In this document: positions 1 through 10,328 of the stretch, piece after piece | Layout: each line of letters begins with the position of its first letter | Position numbering within the stretch: the first letter of the stretch is position 1 | NCBI GenBank assembly: GCA_045539595.1 | Contig: JAZQFQ010000016.1 | Location: 26,973-90,972, forward strand | Direction of reading: 5' to 3' | DNA length: 64,000 nucleotides | DNA from: Eubacteriales bacterium | GTDB lineage: Bacteria; Bacillota; Clostridia; Oscillospirales; CAG-272 | Program-made: the position numbers and the translations under genes | Notes under the pieces: generated by a model | What the model was told of the DNA's origin: nothing | Databases searched by the model: none | What the model saw: only the letters and a program-made list of their open reading frames with translations

Positions 1-338
1 AGTATGTCATTGCTGCCGCCCAGGCGTTGGCCGCCTATATGCAGAACGATGGCAAGTTTTCTGCCATCGGTGCCTATCTGGATCCTGCAAGTGATCTCTA
101 CACCAACGTAAGATCGTCCGAAACCTATTTTGTTATTTCCCATTCCTCTTACTCCTTTGAAGATGTGAAAACGTCGGAATTCTATGCCTACGATGACAAT
201 ACGTTTTCTTGCCGCGTTTCCTTCACACATGTGCTGAAGCGGTACGGAAGCAAGGATTACAAAGACTATCTGGATATGACATTCTACCTGCGTAAGGTAG
301 ACGGAAAATATCTGATTTACGATCGCTACAACCATTAA
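1..338 (+). CDS. hypothetical protein, C-terminal part (5' end lies outside the window)
   Basis: The frame is open from the window edge, with no in-frame stop between nt 3 and the TTG where the ORF track starts. It ends at 338. No recognisable motif. Confidence 0.5.
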   Translation, partial: YVIAAAQALAAYMQNDGKFSAIGAYLDPASDLYTNVRSSETYFVISHSSYSFEDVKTSEFYAYDDNTFSCRVSFTHVLKRYGSKDYKDYLDMTFYLRKVDGKYLIYDRYNH

Positions 339-357
339 CTGTATCAGGAGGTCTACT

Positions 358-906
358 ATGGAAATGCTTTCCCGCTGGGAATTGGGAATCCTGGATTTCA
401 TCCAGACCCACATCAAATGCGATTTTCTGGACTGGTTTTTCCCTACGATTACAAAACTGGCTGACAGCGGAATCTTCTGGATTCTGTTGGCTGTGATCTT
501 TCTTTTCTTCAAAAAGACGCGTAAAACCGGTCTAATGATGGGCGCCGCACTGGTCTTCGGTTTGGTGATTGGCAACCTGACGCTGAAGCCGCTGATTGGC
601 CGTATCCGTCCATACGATCTGAATCCGGATGCAGTTCTGCTTATCGATCGTCTTCACGACTTCTCGTTTCCTTCCGGACACACGCTGTCGTCCTTTGAAG
701 GTGCCACCGTTCTGATGATCCGCGATAAGCGATTCGGCATTCCGGCTATGATTATTGCTGTGTGCATTGCCCTGTCACGCCTGTATCTGTATGTACATTA
801 TCCTACCGATGTGTTGGCGGGAGCCGTTCTTGGCACGCTGTTCGGGTTTCTTGCCGTGGCCATGGTGAATGCCATCGAAAAGAAAATCCAACAAAAAAAT
901 GCATAA
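358..906 (+). CDS. PAP2-family membrane phosphatase (undecaprenyl-diphosphatase/BcrC-like)
   Basis: GGAGG lies upstream of ATG 358. Several hydrophobic helices are present. PAP2 motifs are KPLIGRIRP, PSGH and SRLYLYVHYPTD. Confidence 0.8.
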   Translation: MEMLSRWELGILDFIQTHIKCDFLDWFFPTITKLADSGIFWILLAVIFLFFKKTRKTGLMMGAALVFGLVIGNLTLKPLIGRIRPYDLNPDAVLLIDRLHDFSFPSGHTLSSFEGATVLMIRDKRFGIPAMIIAVCIALSRLYLYVHYPTDVLAGAVLGTLFGFLAVAMVNAIEKKIQQKNA

Positions 907-942
907 AATAAGCCTCCGATACATGTGTATCGGAGGCTATCT

Positions 943-2001
943 TTAAGCATGGGAAAATTCGTAAATGGTAGTGGTTTCATATACCTGTCCGGGACGAAGA
1001 ACCACATCGGTGAAATTCGGATGGTTGATGCTGTCCGGCATCGCCTGTGTTTCCAGGCAGATGGCAAAATGCTGTACCTGCGGAACGCTATTTTTGAAAG
1101 GACGTACATTCGGTTTGATTTTGTTGCAGGTGTACACCTGAATGCACGGCTGATCCGTATGCACGTGCATGATGCGCCCGGATTCGGGATGCATCAGAGT
1201 GGCACGTTTCTTCATCGTACCATCGGAATCCGCCAGAATAAAATTGTGATCAAATCCTTCAAAGAAGCGAATGTCCGGATCGGGATCTGCCAGGGCGTCC
1301 CCCAGGTTCTTCATAACGCGGAAATCAAACGGTGTCCCTGTCACATCTGCCATATTACCGTCCGGGATGAGTTCGTGATCGATGGTGTTGATACGGTCCG
1401 CATCCATCCACAACTGGTGCGAGCCGATGTTGCCGTGCTGATATCCACTCAGATTGAAGTAGGCATGGCTGGTCAGATTGACCAGAGTTGTCTTGTCAGT
1501 AGTGGCCTTGTAATGGATTTTCAGCGCACCTTCCTTAGTAAGGGTGTACGTTACAACAACTGTCAGCGTTCCGGGGTAGTTCTCTTCCCCGTCGGGACTG
1601 ATCTTTGTCAGAATCAATGCGGGCTCGTCTGCATCGCCGCCCTCCTCAACATTCCAAAAACGATGGCTGAATCCGCGCAGACCGCCATGCAGATGATGCT
1701 TACCCTCGTTGCAATTCAGACGATAGGTTACGCCATCCAGTGTGAAGGTGCTGTTCGCAATGCGGTTACCGCAGCGTCCCACCAACGCGCCGTGATAACC
1801 GCCGGCGATAATGTAATCCTCCGGCCGATCATAGCCGCAGATTACATCATCCATATGGCCGTTTTTATCCGCTGTCCAGATATTCAGCAGCGCACCGCCG
1901 AATTCCATAATGCGCACGGATGTTTCAGACGCGTTTTTCAATGTGTAGGCATAGACTTCTCTGTTATCCAGATAGCCGAACAGTTCTTTTTGAATACTCA
2001 C
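943..2001 (-). CDS. galM: aldose 1-epimerase (galactose mutarotase)
   Basis: 352 aa. The GTG start lies 4 nt after the galE stop, with AAGGAG upstream. Mutarotase-type strings are HLHGG, FDHNF and ICLETQ. Confidence 0.85.
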   Translation of the reverse strand: MSIQKELFGYLDNREVYAYTLKNASETSVRIMEFGGALLNIWTADKNGHMDDVICGYDRPEDYIIAGGYHGALVGRCGNRIANSTFTLDGVTYRLNCNEGKHHLHGGLRGFSHRFWNVEEGGDADEPALILTKISPDGEENYPGTLTVVVTYTLTKEGALKIHYKATTDKTTLVNLTSHAYFNLSGYQHGNIGSHQLWMDADRINTIDHELIPDGNMADVTGTPFDFRVMKNLGDALADPDPDIRFFEGFDHNFILADSDGTMKKRATLMHPESGRIMHVHTDQPCIQVYTCNKIKPNVRPFKNSVPQVQHFAICLETQAMPDSINHPNFTDVVLRPGQVYETTTIYEFSHA

Positions 2002-2005
2002 GCTC

Positions 2006-3022
2006 TTACTCCTTGTATCCGTTCGGATTCATCTGCTGCCACTTCCATGAGTCGGCGCACATATCGCGGATATCGTTCTCAGCTACCCAGCCCAATTCTT
2101 CTTTTGCTTTGTCCGCGCTGGCATAGCATGTGGCGATATCGCCGGGGCGGCGAGGCTGAATGGAGTAAGGCACATGTACGCCCGTGGCCGATTCAAAATT
2201 ATGTACGATATCCAGCACACTGTATCCGTTGCCGGTGCCCAGATTATAAATCTTCAATCCAGCTTTTTCTTCAATCTTGATCAGCGCCTTTACGTGACCG
2301 ACTGCCAGATCGACTACATGGATATAATCCCGCACACCGGTGCCGTCATGGGTGTCGTAATCGTTGCCGAACACGCCCAGCTCCGGTCGTTTGCCGATCG
2401 CTACCTGGGTCACATAGGGCATCAGATTGTTGGGGATTCCGTTGGGATCCTCACCAATCAAACCGCTTTTGTGAGCACCGATGGGGTTGAAGTAGCGCAG
2501 AAGCACCACATTCCAGGCAGGATCCGCTTTTTGGATATCGGTGAGAATCTGTTCCAGCATGGATTTGGTCCATCCGTAAGGATTGGTACACTGCCCTTTG
2601 GGGCATTCTTCCGTAATCGGCACAAATGCAGGATCACCATAAACAGTTGCAGAGGAAGAAAATATGATATTCTTCACATCGTGCTGGCGCATCACATCAA
2701 GTAAAGTCAAGGTACCGGTGATATTATTGTCATAATACTCCCACGGCTTCGTCACGGATTCACCAACTGCCTTCAGTCCGGCGAAGTGGATCACAGAATC
2801 TATGGATTCGTTATCGAAAATTTGATTCATGGCGGCGCGGTCGCGGATATCAGCCAGGTAGAACTTCACCGGTTTTCCTGTGATCATCTGAATCCGCTCC
2901 AGCGACTTTTCACTGGAATTCGACAGATTGTCGCACACGACTACATCATAGCCGCTGTTTTGCAGTTCTACCACCGTGTGCGATCCGATGTAGCCGGTAC
3001 CGCCGGTAACAAGAATAGCCAT
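2006..3022 (-). CDS. galE: UDP-glucose 4-epimerase
   Basis: Rossmann motif [11 protein letters not shown], plus SSSATVYG and the YGWTK (YxxxK) catalytic motifs. ATG 3022 is preceded by GAGGA; the ORF-track start 3037 is an upstream GTG. Confidence 0.9.
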   Translation of the reverse strand: MAILVTGGTGYIGSHTVVELQNSGYDVVVCDNLSNSSEKSLERIQMITGKPVKFYLADIRDRAAMNQIFDNESIDSVIHFAGLKAVGESVTKPWEYYDNNITGTLTLLDVMRQHDVKNIIFSSSATVYGDPAFVPITEECPKGQCTNPYGWTKSMLEQILTDIQKADPAWNVVLLRYFNPIGAHKSGLIGEDPNGIPNNLMPYVTQVAIGKRPELGVFGNDYDTHDGTGVRDYIHVVDLAVGHVKALIKIEEKAGLKIYNLGTGNGYSVLDIVHNFESATGVHVPYSIQPRRPGDIATCYASADKAKEELGWVAENDIRDMCADSWKWQQMNPNGYKE

Positions 3023-3050
3023 ATTCCCAATCCTCACTTTGCGCTTAAAT

Positions 3051-3956
3051 TTATTTCCAGAGACCGTCCGGATATTCGTTTTTCTCCACCATGGAGCGAA
3101 TCTGGGCGATTACATTTGCTTTGTCATCCTGATAGGTAACGCCATACCACTGTGCGCTGGTTTCCAGTACAGTCACTTCGCATTTCTTATCGTTGACCAA
3201 CTGTCCCACCACATTAGGCAGATAGCACTCCGATTTCAGCGGTTCACGATCGGGATCCGAAAGGAATTCCGTAAAATACACGTCTGCATCGCGGAAAATT
3301 TCCGGCGTGAATCCCCAGAAGTTCATAGAAACCGGGGAGTTGTTCGGCAGAATAACGGTTTCTCCGTTTTCATCTTCAAAACGAGCACCATTCGGATCCT
3401 TGAATATCTTGGTACGCTCAACAATGGACTGAAGCTTGCCATTTTCGGTAATGCATACGCCGCGCGCCACACTTCCGGCGTCAGTCAAGGTTTTGCCGAT
3501 CTGATAGCCAACCATGGCATAAGAAGTATTGCCCGGCTTGTTCTCCACGCCGCGCAGGAACTCAGCCACCTTCGCATATGCGTCCGCACCGTAGAAATCG
3601 TCCGCGTTGATAACGGCGAAAGGATCATTCAACAGATCCTTGGCACACATGATGGCATGGTAGGTGCCCCAGGGCTTGGTGCGCTCCGGCGGGATCTTGT
3701 CAGCGGGAACCAATTTATCCAGCGCCTGGAATGCATATTCCACCCGGATTTTACCGGCAATGCGATCACCAATGGTTTCGCGGAACACATCATAATTCTC
3801 TTCTTTAATGATGAACACAACACGGTCAAAACCGGCACGGATTGCATCATAAATGGAAAAGTCAATAATAAATTCACCGTGGGGTGTCATAGGATCGATC
3901 TGCTTCAGACCACCATAACGGGATCCCATACCGGCAGCAAGAACAACCAACGTCAT
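3051..3956 (-). CDS. sugar-1-phosphate nucleotidyltransferase (NTP_transferase fold; specificity unknown)
   Basis: The pyrophosphorylase signature [13 protein letters not shown] begins a few residues after internal ATG 3956. The ORF-track start 4025 adds 23 aa and has no SD. The start is uncertain. Confidence 0.7.
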   Translation of the reverse strand: MTLVVLAAGMGSRYGGLKQIDPMTPHGEFIIDFSIYDAIRAGFDRVVFIIKEENYDVFRETIGDRIAGKIRVEYAFQALDKLVPADKIPPERTKPWGTYHAIMCAKDLLNDPFAVINADDFYGADAYAKVAEFLRGVENKPGNTSYAMVGYQIGKTLTDAGSVARGVCITENGKLQSIVERTKIFKDPNGARFEDENGETVILPNNSPVSMNFWGFTPEIFRDADVYFTEFLSDPDREPLKSECYLPNVVGQLVNDKKCEVTVLETSAQWYGVTYQDDKANVIAQIRSMVEKNEYPDGLWK

Positions 3957-4088
3957 AGCAATAATTCGCGCAATAGCGCGGCCCCTTTCTTCGAAAAGCC
4001 GAATTTTATCGCTTACATTGTACATGATTCAATATATGATTGCAAGCGAAAAACGAAATTTCCAAAAAAATTTTTTCAGCCATTGTCC

Positions 4089-4117
4089 TTGACAAGAACC
4101 GCGATATGATGTATACT
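4089..4117 (+). promoter_or_regulatory. sigma-A type promoter upstream of the Crp/Fnr-ABC operon
   Basis: TTGACA (4089-4094), a 17-nt spacer, then TATACT (4112-4117). Confidence 0.55.
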
Positions 4118-4140
4118 AAAACTGTCTCATATGATACAAT

Positions 4141-4836
4141 TTGGAGGTTCGTTTGCGTAAAGCTGCGTGTAATATACAGGATATATTGTCCGAAATGTTT
4201 CTCTTTGGCGGCATCGATGTTTCTGCGTTGGAAAAGGAATTTTGCTTCCTCCCTTGCTGTGAGGTAAAGGAATATGCTTCCGGTGAAGTGATACAAAGTG
4301 CTGCCACTCCTCTGGATGGACTGGCCTATCTGCATAGCGGTACAGCGTCCGTTCTGTCCGATACCTCGGATAAAAGCGTGCTGCTGCGAAATCTCACATC
4401 CGGCGAGGTGTTTGGTGCTTCTACGTTATACAGTGAAGTGCGCGGATACAATACTGTTATCACTGCCGATACCATGTGCACCGTGGTGATTATCCCTGCC
4501 GAACAGGTGAAACGAATCATTTCGGCGAATCCTGTTGTTGCTGAAAACTATATTCGTTTTCTAACGGAGCGGATCTGTTTTTTAAACCGCAAAATATCCG
4601 CATTTACAGCGGGCTCGGCGGAAGCCAAACTGGCGGTCTATCTTCTCGGCCTGCCGCAAAACACAGACGGTACAGTGACTTTGCGTACCAGTATGTCTGA
4701 TCTCGCCGATATGTTACATATGGGACGCGCCTCACTATATCGTGCATTCGATGCTTTGACAATGAATGGGATTCTATCGCGGGAAGGAAAGAAAATCACC
4801 CTTCTCGATCGGAATGCCCTTCGCAATATATTTTAA
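4141..4836 (+). CDS. Crp/Fnr-family transcriptional regulator
   Basis: The N-terminal half is cNMP-binding-like and a C-terminal HTH is present (SMSDLADMLHMGRASLYRAF). GGAGG at 4143-4147 suggests the true start is TTG 4153. Confidence 0.75.
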   Translation: MEVRLRKAACNIQDILSEMFLFGGIDVSALEKEFCFLPCCEVKEYASGEVIQSAATPLDGLAYLHSGTASVLSDTSDKSVLLRNLTSGEVFGASTLYSEVRGYNTVITADTMCTVVIIPAEQVKRIISANPVVAENYIRFLTERICFLNRKISAFTAGSAEAKLAVYLLGLPQNTDGTVTLRTSMSDLADMLHMGRASLYRAFDALTMNGILSREGKKITLLDRNALRNIF

Positions 4837-4863
4837 ATGTAAAATCTGGAAAGGAATTCCCTC

Positions 4864-5835
4864 ATGAAAAAGTTCATTTGTCTCGTTCTTGCCTCCATTC
4901 TGTCTCTGTCCGTTCTGGTGTCTTGCGCACAGGAGCCTTCACCGGATACCGTGCGTGTATTTACACTGAAGGGCCCCACCGGTATCGGCATGGCTAAAAT
5001 GATTTCAGACGCGAAAAACAGCGAGGATCCGCTGTATGATTTCACCATTGCATCGGCACCGGATGTCATTCAGGCAGAAATTATTAAGGGTGAGTACGAA
5101 ATTGCGGCCCTTCCCACCAATCTGGCCGCCGCTCTGTACAACAAGACAGAAGGCGCTCTTATGGTTGCCGCAGTCAACACCCTTGGTGTTCTGTATGTAT
5201 TGGAAAACGGAAACACCATTCAGTCTATCCAGGATCTGAACGGCAAACAGATCTATGCCACCGGCCAGGGATCCACTCCGGAATATATCCTGAACTATAT
5301 TCTGGAAACCAACGGCATCGATTGTGAAGTCATCTATCTGACCGAGCACGCAGAACTGGCGACGCAGATGGCCGCAGGAAGCATTACGCTGGGTATGCTT
5401 CCCGTACCCAATTCCACCACGGTTCTCACCAAGAACGCAGATGTACGCGTGGCTCTGAATCTGACCGATGAATGGGAAAAAGCCGCCGCCAAGAATGGCG
5501 ATGACGGTGCTCTCTATCAGGGCTGCCTGGTTATCCGCCGTGATTTTGCAGAGCAGTATCCCGAGACGGTCAAGAAATTCCTTGAGGAATATAAGGCATC
5601 CGTTGCGTTTGTTCACGAGGATCTGGATCTGGCGGCGGAAACCGTTGCCGCTTGCGAGATCATTCCCGCTGCGGCTATTGCCAAAAAGGCCATCCCGGAT
5701 GCGAACATCGTTTGCATTACCGGTGATGAAATGATCAAGGGACTCACCGGATTTTACAAGGTGCTGTTTGACAGCAATCCCAAGTCGGTAGGCGGTAAGT
5801 TGCCGGATGAAAAGATTTTCTACGCAGAAAACTAA
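4864..5835 (+). CDS. ABC transporter substrate-binding lipoprotein (NitT/TauT, NMT1/SsuA-like)
   Basis: Signal peptide with a lipobox (LSVLVSC). Size and composition fit a periplasmic-binding protein. It is followed by cognate permease and ATPase genes. Confidence 0.7.
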   Translation: MKKFICLVLASILSLSVLVSCAQEPSPDTVRVFTLKGPTGIGMAKMISDAKNSEDPLYDFTIASAPDVIQAEIIKGEYEIAALPTNLAAALYNKTEGALMVAAVNTLGVLYVLENGNTIQSIQDLNGKQIYATGQGSTPEYILNYILETNGIDCEVIYLTEHAELATQMAAGSITLGMLPVPNSTTVLTKNADVRVALNLTDEWEKAAAKNGDDGALYQGCLVIRRDFAEQYPETVKKFLEEYKASVAFVHEDLDLAAETVAACEIIPAAAIAKKAIPDANIVCITGDEMIKGLTGFYKVLFDSNPKSVGGKLPDEKIFYAEN

Positions 5836-6598
5836 ATCACGGAAGATTCTTGAAAAGATCGGCGTGGCGGCGTTCTGGCTGGCTGTATGGTTCATCGCCG
5901 CGCGGATCGTGCATCTGGAAATACTTCTGCCGTCGCCAGTTGCAACCGGCGCAAAGTGGATTTCTTTGATGAGAACGGCATCCTATTGGACATCCATCGG
6001 AGCTTCCCTTTTGCATATATTGTGCGGATATCTGGCCGGGTGTCTCTCGGGCATACTGCTGGGCTTTCTCATGTATCGTTTCTCCGTGATCAATGCCCTG
6101 TTTACACCGGTTTTGAGCATGATACGCTCCGTGCCTGTAGCATCATTTATTATTCTGGCGCTGGTGTGGATCGGAAGACAACAAATCCCCCCCTTCATTG
6201 CCTTTCTCATGGTATTTCCCGTAGTATCCGCCAGTGTAAAAACCGGCTTGAACTCCGTAAATCACGAGTTATTCGAGGTAGCACATGTTTACCATTTCAC
6301 ACGGCTGCAAACCATTCGGCTTCTGTATCAGCCGGCAGTGCTTCCGCATCTGATTACATCGGCGCGGGTTACTCTTGGATTGGCCTGGAAGGCCAGCGTT
6401 GCCGCAGAGATTCTCTGCTCCCTTTCCCACTCCATTGGAGGAAACATTTATACATCCAAATTAGTGCTGGAAACCGATACACTGTTTGCATGGACGATCA
6501 CGGTTATTCTGATCAGCATCCTGTTTGAGTATCTGCTTTCACGTGCGTTGGATGCACTGCATCCCACAGCAAGGAGGAACGTGTCCAATGTGCGTTAA
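5807..6598 (+). CDS. ABC transporter permease (BPD_transp_1 type)
   Basis: Polytopic membrane protein of 263 aa. It overlaps the upstream binding-protein gene and the downstream ATPase gene. The start is uncertain. Confidence 0.75.
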   Translation: MKRFSTQKTKSRKILEKIGVAAFWLAVWFIAARIVHLEILLPSPVATGAKWISLMRTASYWTSIGASLLHILCGYLAGCLSGILLGFLMYRFSVINALFTPVLSMIRSVPVASFIILALVWIGRQQIPPFIAFLMVFPVVSASVKTGLNSVNHELFEVAHVYHFTRLQTIRLLYQPAVLPHLITSARVTLGLAWKASVAAEILCSLSHSIGGNIYTSKLVLETDTLFAWTITVILISILFEYLLSRALDALHPTARRNVSNVR

Positions 6599-7220
6599 AC
6601 TGATCGATGTAACAAAGTGTTTTGGGGAAAAAGTTGTTCTCTCCTCGTTGAATCAGGAATTCCTGGCTGGAAAATGCTACGCTATTGCCGGAGCGTCGGG
6701 GATTGGAAAAACCACTCTTTTGCGCATCATCAGCGGGCTGGAAACACAGGACAGCGGATCGGTGATCCTGCCCGAGGATGCGGTGATATCCTATGCTTTT
6801 CAGGAACCTCGCTTGTTTGATGAGCTGACAGTTGCAGAGAATATTTCCGTCGTCCATCCCGAGCGGGACGGTTTGCAAATTCTGCGGGAGCTGGATCTTT
6901 CCAATGATGCGGACAAATATCCCGATGAATTATCGGGCGGTATGAAAAAACGTGTCGGTCTGGCCCGTGCCTTAGCCAAGAAAGCGCATATTTATCTGAT
7001 TGATGAGCCAACCGGCGGACAGGATGCCCAACGGTGCCATACCATAGCCGAAACGATTTCCCGCTATACACAAGGCAGCTTGTGCCTTGTGTCCACACAC
7101 GACGCTGCACTGATTGGCGCGATTGCCGATCATCTGATCGTATTCACAGAAAGTTCCGTCCAAGTATATGATCATATAAAAGATCGCCCGCTTGATGAAA
7201 TCCAAACGCTTATGCGTTAA
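6588..7220 (+). CDS. ABC transporter ATP-binding protein
   Basis: Walker A GASGIGKTT, signature LSGGMKKR, Walker B IYLIDEP and H-loop STHD. AAGGAGGA lies 9 nt upstream of ATG 6588. The gene overlaps the permease stop by 11 nt. Confidence 0.85.
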   Translation: MCVKLIDVTKCFGEKVVLSSLNQEFLAGKCYAIAGASGIGKTTLLRIISGLETQDSGSVILPEDAVISYAFQEPRLFDELTVAENISVVHPERDGLQILRELDLSNDADKYPDELSGGMKKRVGLARALAKKAHIYLIDEPTGGQDAQRCHTIAETISRYTQGSLCLVSTHDAALIGAIADHLIVFTESSVQVYDHIKDRPLDEIQTLMR

Positions 7221-7232
7221 GTCACAAAAAAG

Positions 7233-7260
7233 ACGACTGCCGGCTGGCAGTCGTGTTTTT
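7233..7260. terminator. bidirectional rho-independent terminator between the ABC operon and pepD
   Basis: A 9-bp stem (ACGACTGCC / GGCAGTCGT) with a 4-nt loop. It is flanked by an A-run upstream and a T-run downstream. Confidence 0.7.
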
Positions 7261-7262
7261 CA

Positions 7263-8687
7263 TCAGTGAATTCGCTTCAGCATATCCAGCACAAGGGCGC
7301 ATACGCGCTCACCGGAGGACAGAGACATTTTTTCCTTCGGGGTATGGATATCATACATATTGGGACCTATGGAAATCATGTCCATCTCCGGAATCTTCTG
7401 GCTGAGCAGACCGCATTCGAGTCCGGCATGGATGCCGATGATCTTCCCTTCCTCGCCAAAACAAGCACGGCTGGATTCCTTGTAAACCGATTGAATTTTA
7501 GAATTCGATCGGAAATTCCATCCGGGATAGCGGCTTCTGTGACTGATATTGAATCCGCACACAGCAGCACATGATTCCAATACACCGCAAATGTCATCCA
7601 ATCGGCTTTCCACGGAGGAGCGTGATGATGCTGTTACAGATGCTTTTCCCGAATCCACATGGACGACAGCAGGATTGGAGGATGTCTCCACAAGCCCCGG
7701 CAAATTCGCACTCATGGTGACGGGACCGAACGGCAGAATGCGAATCAAACGGATCAAGCGCAAACTATCCTCCCGCGTCATTGCGCAGCCATCATAATTC
7801 TCAATCGTAATGTCTACGCGGAAATCCCCGTCATCAGCACACAGCTCAGCACGGATAGTTTCCGACAAATTCCGTATGGTTTTAATAACCGCATCCGGTG
7901 CGTCGGCGGCAATCCGCATCTCACACTCACGGGGGATGGCGTTGTCCTTATTACCGCCATCCATGGAGATCAGGCGTGTGCCCGGGTGAGCAAGAGCGGC
8001 TTCGCCCAGCCGCGCGGCAATTTTCAGTGCGTTGGCGCGGCATCGATCGATATCCTCGCCGGAATGGCCGCCGCACAGACCGGTAACGAATATGCGGATC
8101 GCTTTTCCTGTATAGGAAGCGTACCGGCACTCGCTGATAAAATCGGTACGAACGCCGCCGGCACAAGCAGCTGTGGCACTTTTCTCATCACAAGAATCCA
8201 AATTGATCATCATGCGAGCCTTCAGCCACGCAGGATCCACCGCACGCATGCCATCCAGCCCCACCTCCTCAGCGGATGTAAAGAGACATTCCAGCGCAGG
8301 GTGTTCCGCAGACGTGTCTTCCAGGATAGCCAACATGGTGGCTACTGCAAAACCGTTGTCTGCACCGAGCGTTGTTCCGTTGGCATAAATGTAGTCACCC
8401 TTACGCAATATCTCAATGCCATCTACGGCAAAATCGTGGCTGCAATCTGCATTTTTCTCGCAAACCATATCCGTGTGACCCTGCAGTGCCACTGCGGGTG
8501 CGTCCTCGTAGTTGGCAGATGATTTCTTGCGGATCAGCACATTGTGACTGCTGTCACGCATGGCTTCCAGCCCATGCTCTTTTGCAAATTGCATCAGATA
8601 ATCAGCAATTTTATCTTCATGATAGGATGCACGCGGGATAGCGCTGATTTTATAAAAATATTGCAGTACTCGATTGAAGAATTCCAT
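7263..8687 (-). CDS. pepD: aminoacyl-histidine dipeptidase (Xaa-His dipeptidase, M20 family)
   Basis: 474 aa with a PepD-type N-terminus (ISAIPRASYHE) and LQGHTDMV. GAGGTGA SD lies upstream of ATG 8687. Confidence 0.85.
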   Translation of the reverse strand: MEFFNRVLQYFYKISAIPRASYHEDKIADYLMQFAKEHGLEAMRDSSHNVLIRKKSSANYEDAPAVALQGHTDMVCEKNADCSHDFAVDGIEILRKGDYIYANGTTLGADNGFAVATMLAILEDTSAEHPALECLFTSAEEVGLDGMRAVDPAWLKARMMINLDSCDEKSATAACAGGVRTDFISECRYASYTGKAIRIFVTGLCGGHSGEDIDRCRANALKIAARLGEAALAHPGTRLISMDGGNKDNAIPRECEMRIAADAPDAVIKTIRNLSETIRAELCADDGDFRVDITIENYDGCAMTREDSLRLIRLIRILPFGPVTMSANLPGLVETSSNPAVVHVDSGKASVTASSRSSVESRLDDICGVLESCAAVCGFNISHRSRYPGWNFRSNSKIQSVYKESSRACFGEEGKIIGIHAGLECGLLSQKIPEMDMISIGPNMYDIHTPKEKMSLSSGERVCALVLDMLKRIH

Positions 8688-8867
8688 AATTCACCTCACA
8701 GTAGTTCTTGTATTATCATATCACGAAACGAGGGATTTAGCAAGTACAGCTCCGGATTTACAGAAAATAAATAAAATATATAGGAAACGGTTTTCTTTTC
8801 CGTGAAAATGTGCTATAATACATGGAGTGTGTGATAATTCCGAAAGAAAGCAGGATTTTCTACCGTT

Positions 8868-9635
8868 ATGAATGCTGTGATCCAAAAAATATCCGATGTT
8901 CTTCGCGCATTTTCCCCGGCGGAAAATCGACGGCATTTTACTTCCGCTGTTATCCTTGCCGCAGGAAGCGGGGAGCGCTTCGGACAAAAATACGGCCCGA
9001 AGCAGTTCTGCCCCATTTGCTCCGTGCCTGTTCTGGTGCATACGCTGCGTGCTTTTGAGGCCAGCGACTATATTCAGGAAATACTGATCGTTACCCGCGA
9101 AGCGGATATTCTTCGCTGTCAGGAATACGTGGATACCTATGGGCTGAAAAAAGTAACGAAAATCCTCCCGGGCGGTGCCGATCGGCAGGCATCTGCCAAA
9201 TGCGGTTTTGATGCCGTATCCGAAAAAGCCGAGTTTGTAGCCCTCCACGATGGTGCCCGATGTCTGATTACTGCAGAAATCATTGATGCCACCATACGCA
9301 GCGCCTATGAGCATGGTGCCGCAGTGGCCGCAGAGCGATCGCGGGATACTGTGAAGATTGCCGCAGACAACGGCTATATCAAGGAATCTCCCGATCGGAA
9401 CACCGTTTGGCTGGCTAAGACACCGCAGGTGTTTATGGCGGATATGTACCGCGCAGCCATCTATTCCGCTATCAAAGATCAGGTGACTGCCACGGACGAC
9501 AGTATGCTGGTGGAGCGCCTGGGATTCAAAGTGAAAATGGTGGAGTGTGGCAACGAAAATTTGAAATTGACCACCCCCAATGATGTGCGTATCGCAGAGG
9601 CCATTCTGCGGGCAAGACAGGAGGAGCAAGCATGA
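8868..9635 (+). CDS. ispD: 2-C-methyl-D-erythritol 4-phosphate cytidylyltransferase
   Basis: AVILAAGSGERFG motif. 255 aa. The stop overlaps the ispF start (ATGA). Confidence 0.85.
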   Translation: MNAVIQKISDVLRAFSPAENRRHFTSAVILAAGSGERFGQKYGPKQFCPICSVPVLVHTLRAFEASDYIQEILIVTREADILRCQEYVDTYGLKKVTKILPGGADRQASAKCGFDAVSEKAEFVALHDGARCLITAEIIDATIRSAYEHGAAVAAERSRDTVKIAADNGYIKESPDRNTVWLAKTPQVFMADMYRAAIYSAIKDQVTATDDSMLVERLGFKVKMVECGNENLKLTTPNDVRIAEAILRARQEEQA

Positions 9636-10135
9636 GAATAGGCCATGGATACGACGCCCACCGTTTTGGGGACAAGCGACCGTTTGTAATCGGCGGCGTG
9701 CAAATACCCTATGAGCGCGGAATCGATGCTCATTCCGACGGCGATACCCTGCTGCACGCGGTAATCGATGCCCTGTTCGGTGCGGCGGGAATGCCCGACA
9801 TCGGCGCCCATTATCCGGATACATCCGCCGCGTTTGACAATGTGGATAGTATGTATTTACTCAAAGATGCCGTAAATGAAGTTTCCGGTGCCGGATTTGC
9901 GTTGGAGTATCTTGACTGTACCATTATTGCCCAAGCGCCGAAAATGGCGCAGTGGCTGCCGCAAATGCGTCAGAACATAGCCGCCGCCTGCTTCGTGGAT
10001 GTTTCCCGCGTCAACGTAAAAGCAACCACCGAGGAACGCATGGGTTTCACCGGCGAGAAGTTGGGACTTGCAGCCCATGCCGTTTGCTTGCTTCGCGAAG
10101 AATGCCCCGGTTTCCCGGAGCATTCCCATCTATAA
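9632..10135 (+). CDS. ispF: 2-C-methyl-D-erythritol 2,4-cyclodiphosphate synthase
   Basis: MRIGHGYDAHRF and HSDGDTLLHA zinc/substrate motifs. 167 aa. Confidence 0.9.
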   Translation: MRIGHGYDAHRFGDKRPFVIGGVQIPYERGIDAHSDGDTLLHAVIDALFGAAGMPDIGAHYPDTSAAFDNVDSMYLLKDAVNEVSGAGFALEYLDCTIIAQAPKMAQWLPQMRQNIAAACFVDVSRVNVKATTEERMGFTGEKLGLAAHAVCLLREECPGFPEHSHL

Positions 10136-10272
10136 AAATCGGCGAAGGCGGCGATCATCTCTCACTTCCTGCATTTTTTTCTCCGGCACCGCCCGTCAGC
10201 CTCTTGTTTTCGCAAGGGCTTTCTTCCCCCTATACAGGATATGGGGGATTCATGTTATTTGCTACGATGCGA

Positions 10273-10301
10273 TTGAACTCCATACAATCGCTGTATATAA
10301 T
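10273..10301 (+). promoter_or_regulatory. sigma-A type promoter of rpe
   Basis: TTGAAC (10273-10278), a 17-nt spacer, then TATAAT (10296-10301). It lies 27 nt upstream of the rpe ATG. Confidence 0.6.
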
Positions 10302-10328
10302 TTAAACACAATATCAGGAGATGTATTT

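Noticed and set aside
5887-6528. 213-aa plus-strand ORF in an alternative frame inside the ABC permease gene
   Set aside because: It is overprinted on a clear polytopic permease frame. Its translation is Arg/Ser/His-rich with no hydrophobic pattern or SD.
10190-10245. Possible terminator hairpin after ispF (TCCCCC...GGGGGA)
   Set aside because: It has only a 6-bp stem, a 12-nt loop and a weak T-tract, so it is not convincing enough to annotate.
10068-10328. N-terminal extensions in the ORF track (rpe from 10068, argG from 31766, oxidoreductase to 38566, htpG from 22351, proC from 27596, GNAT to 27542)
   Set aside because: The extensions cross promoters or terminators and lack SDs. Conserved N-terminal motifs begin right after internal starts that do have good SDs.
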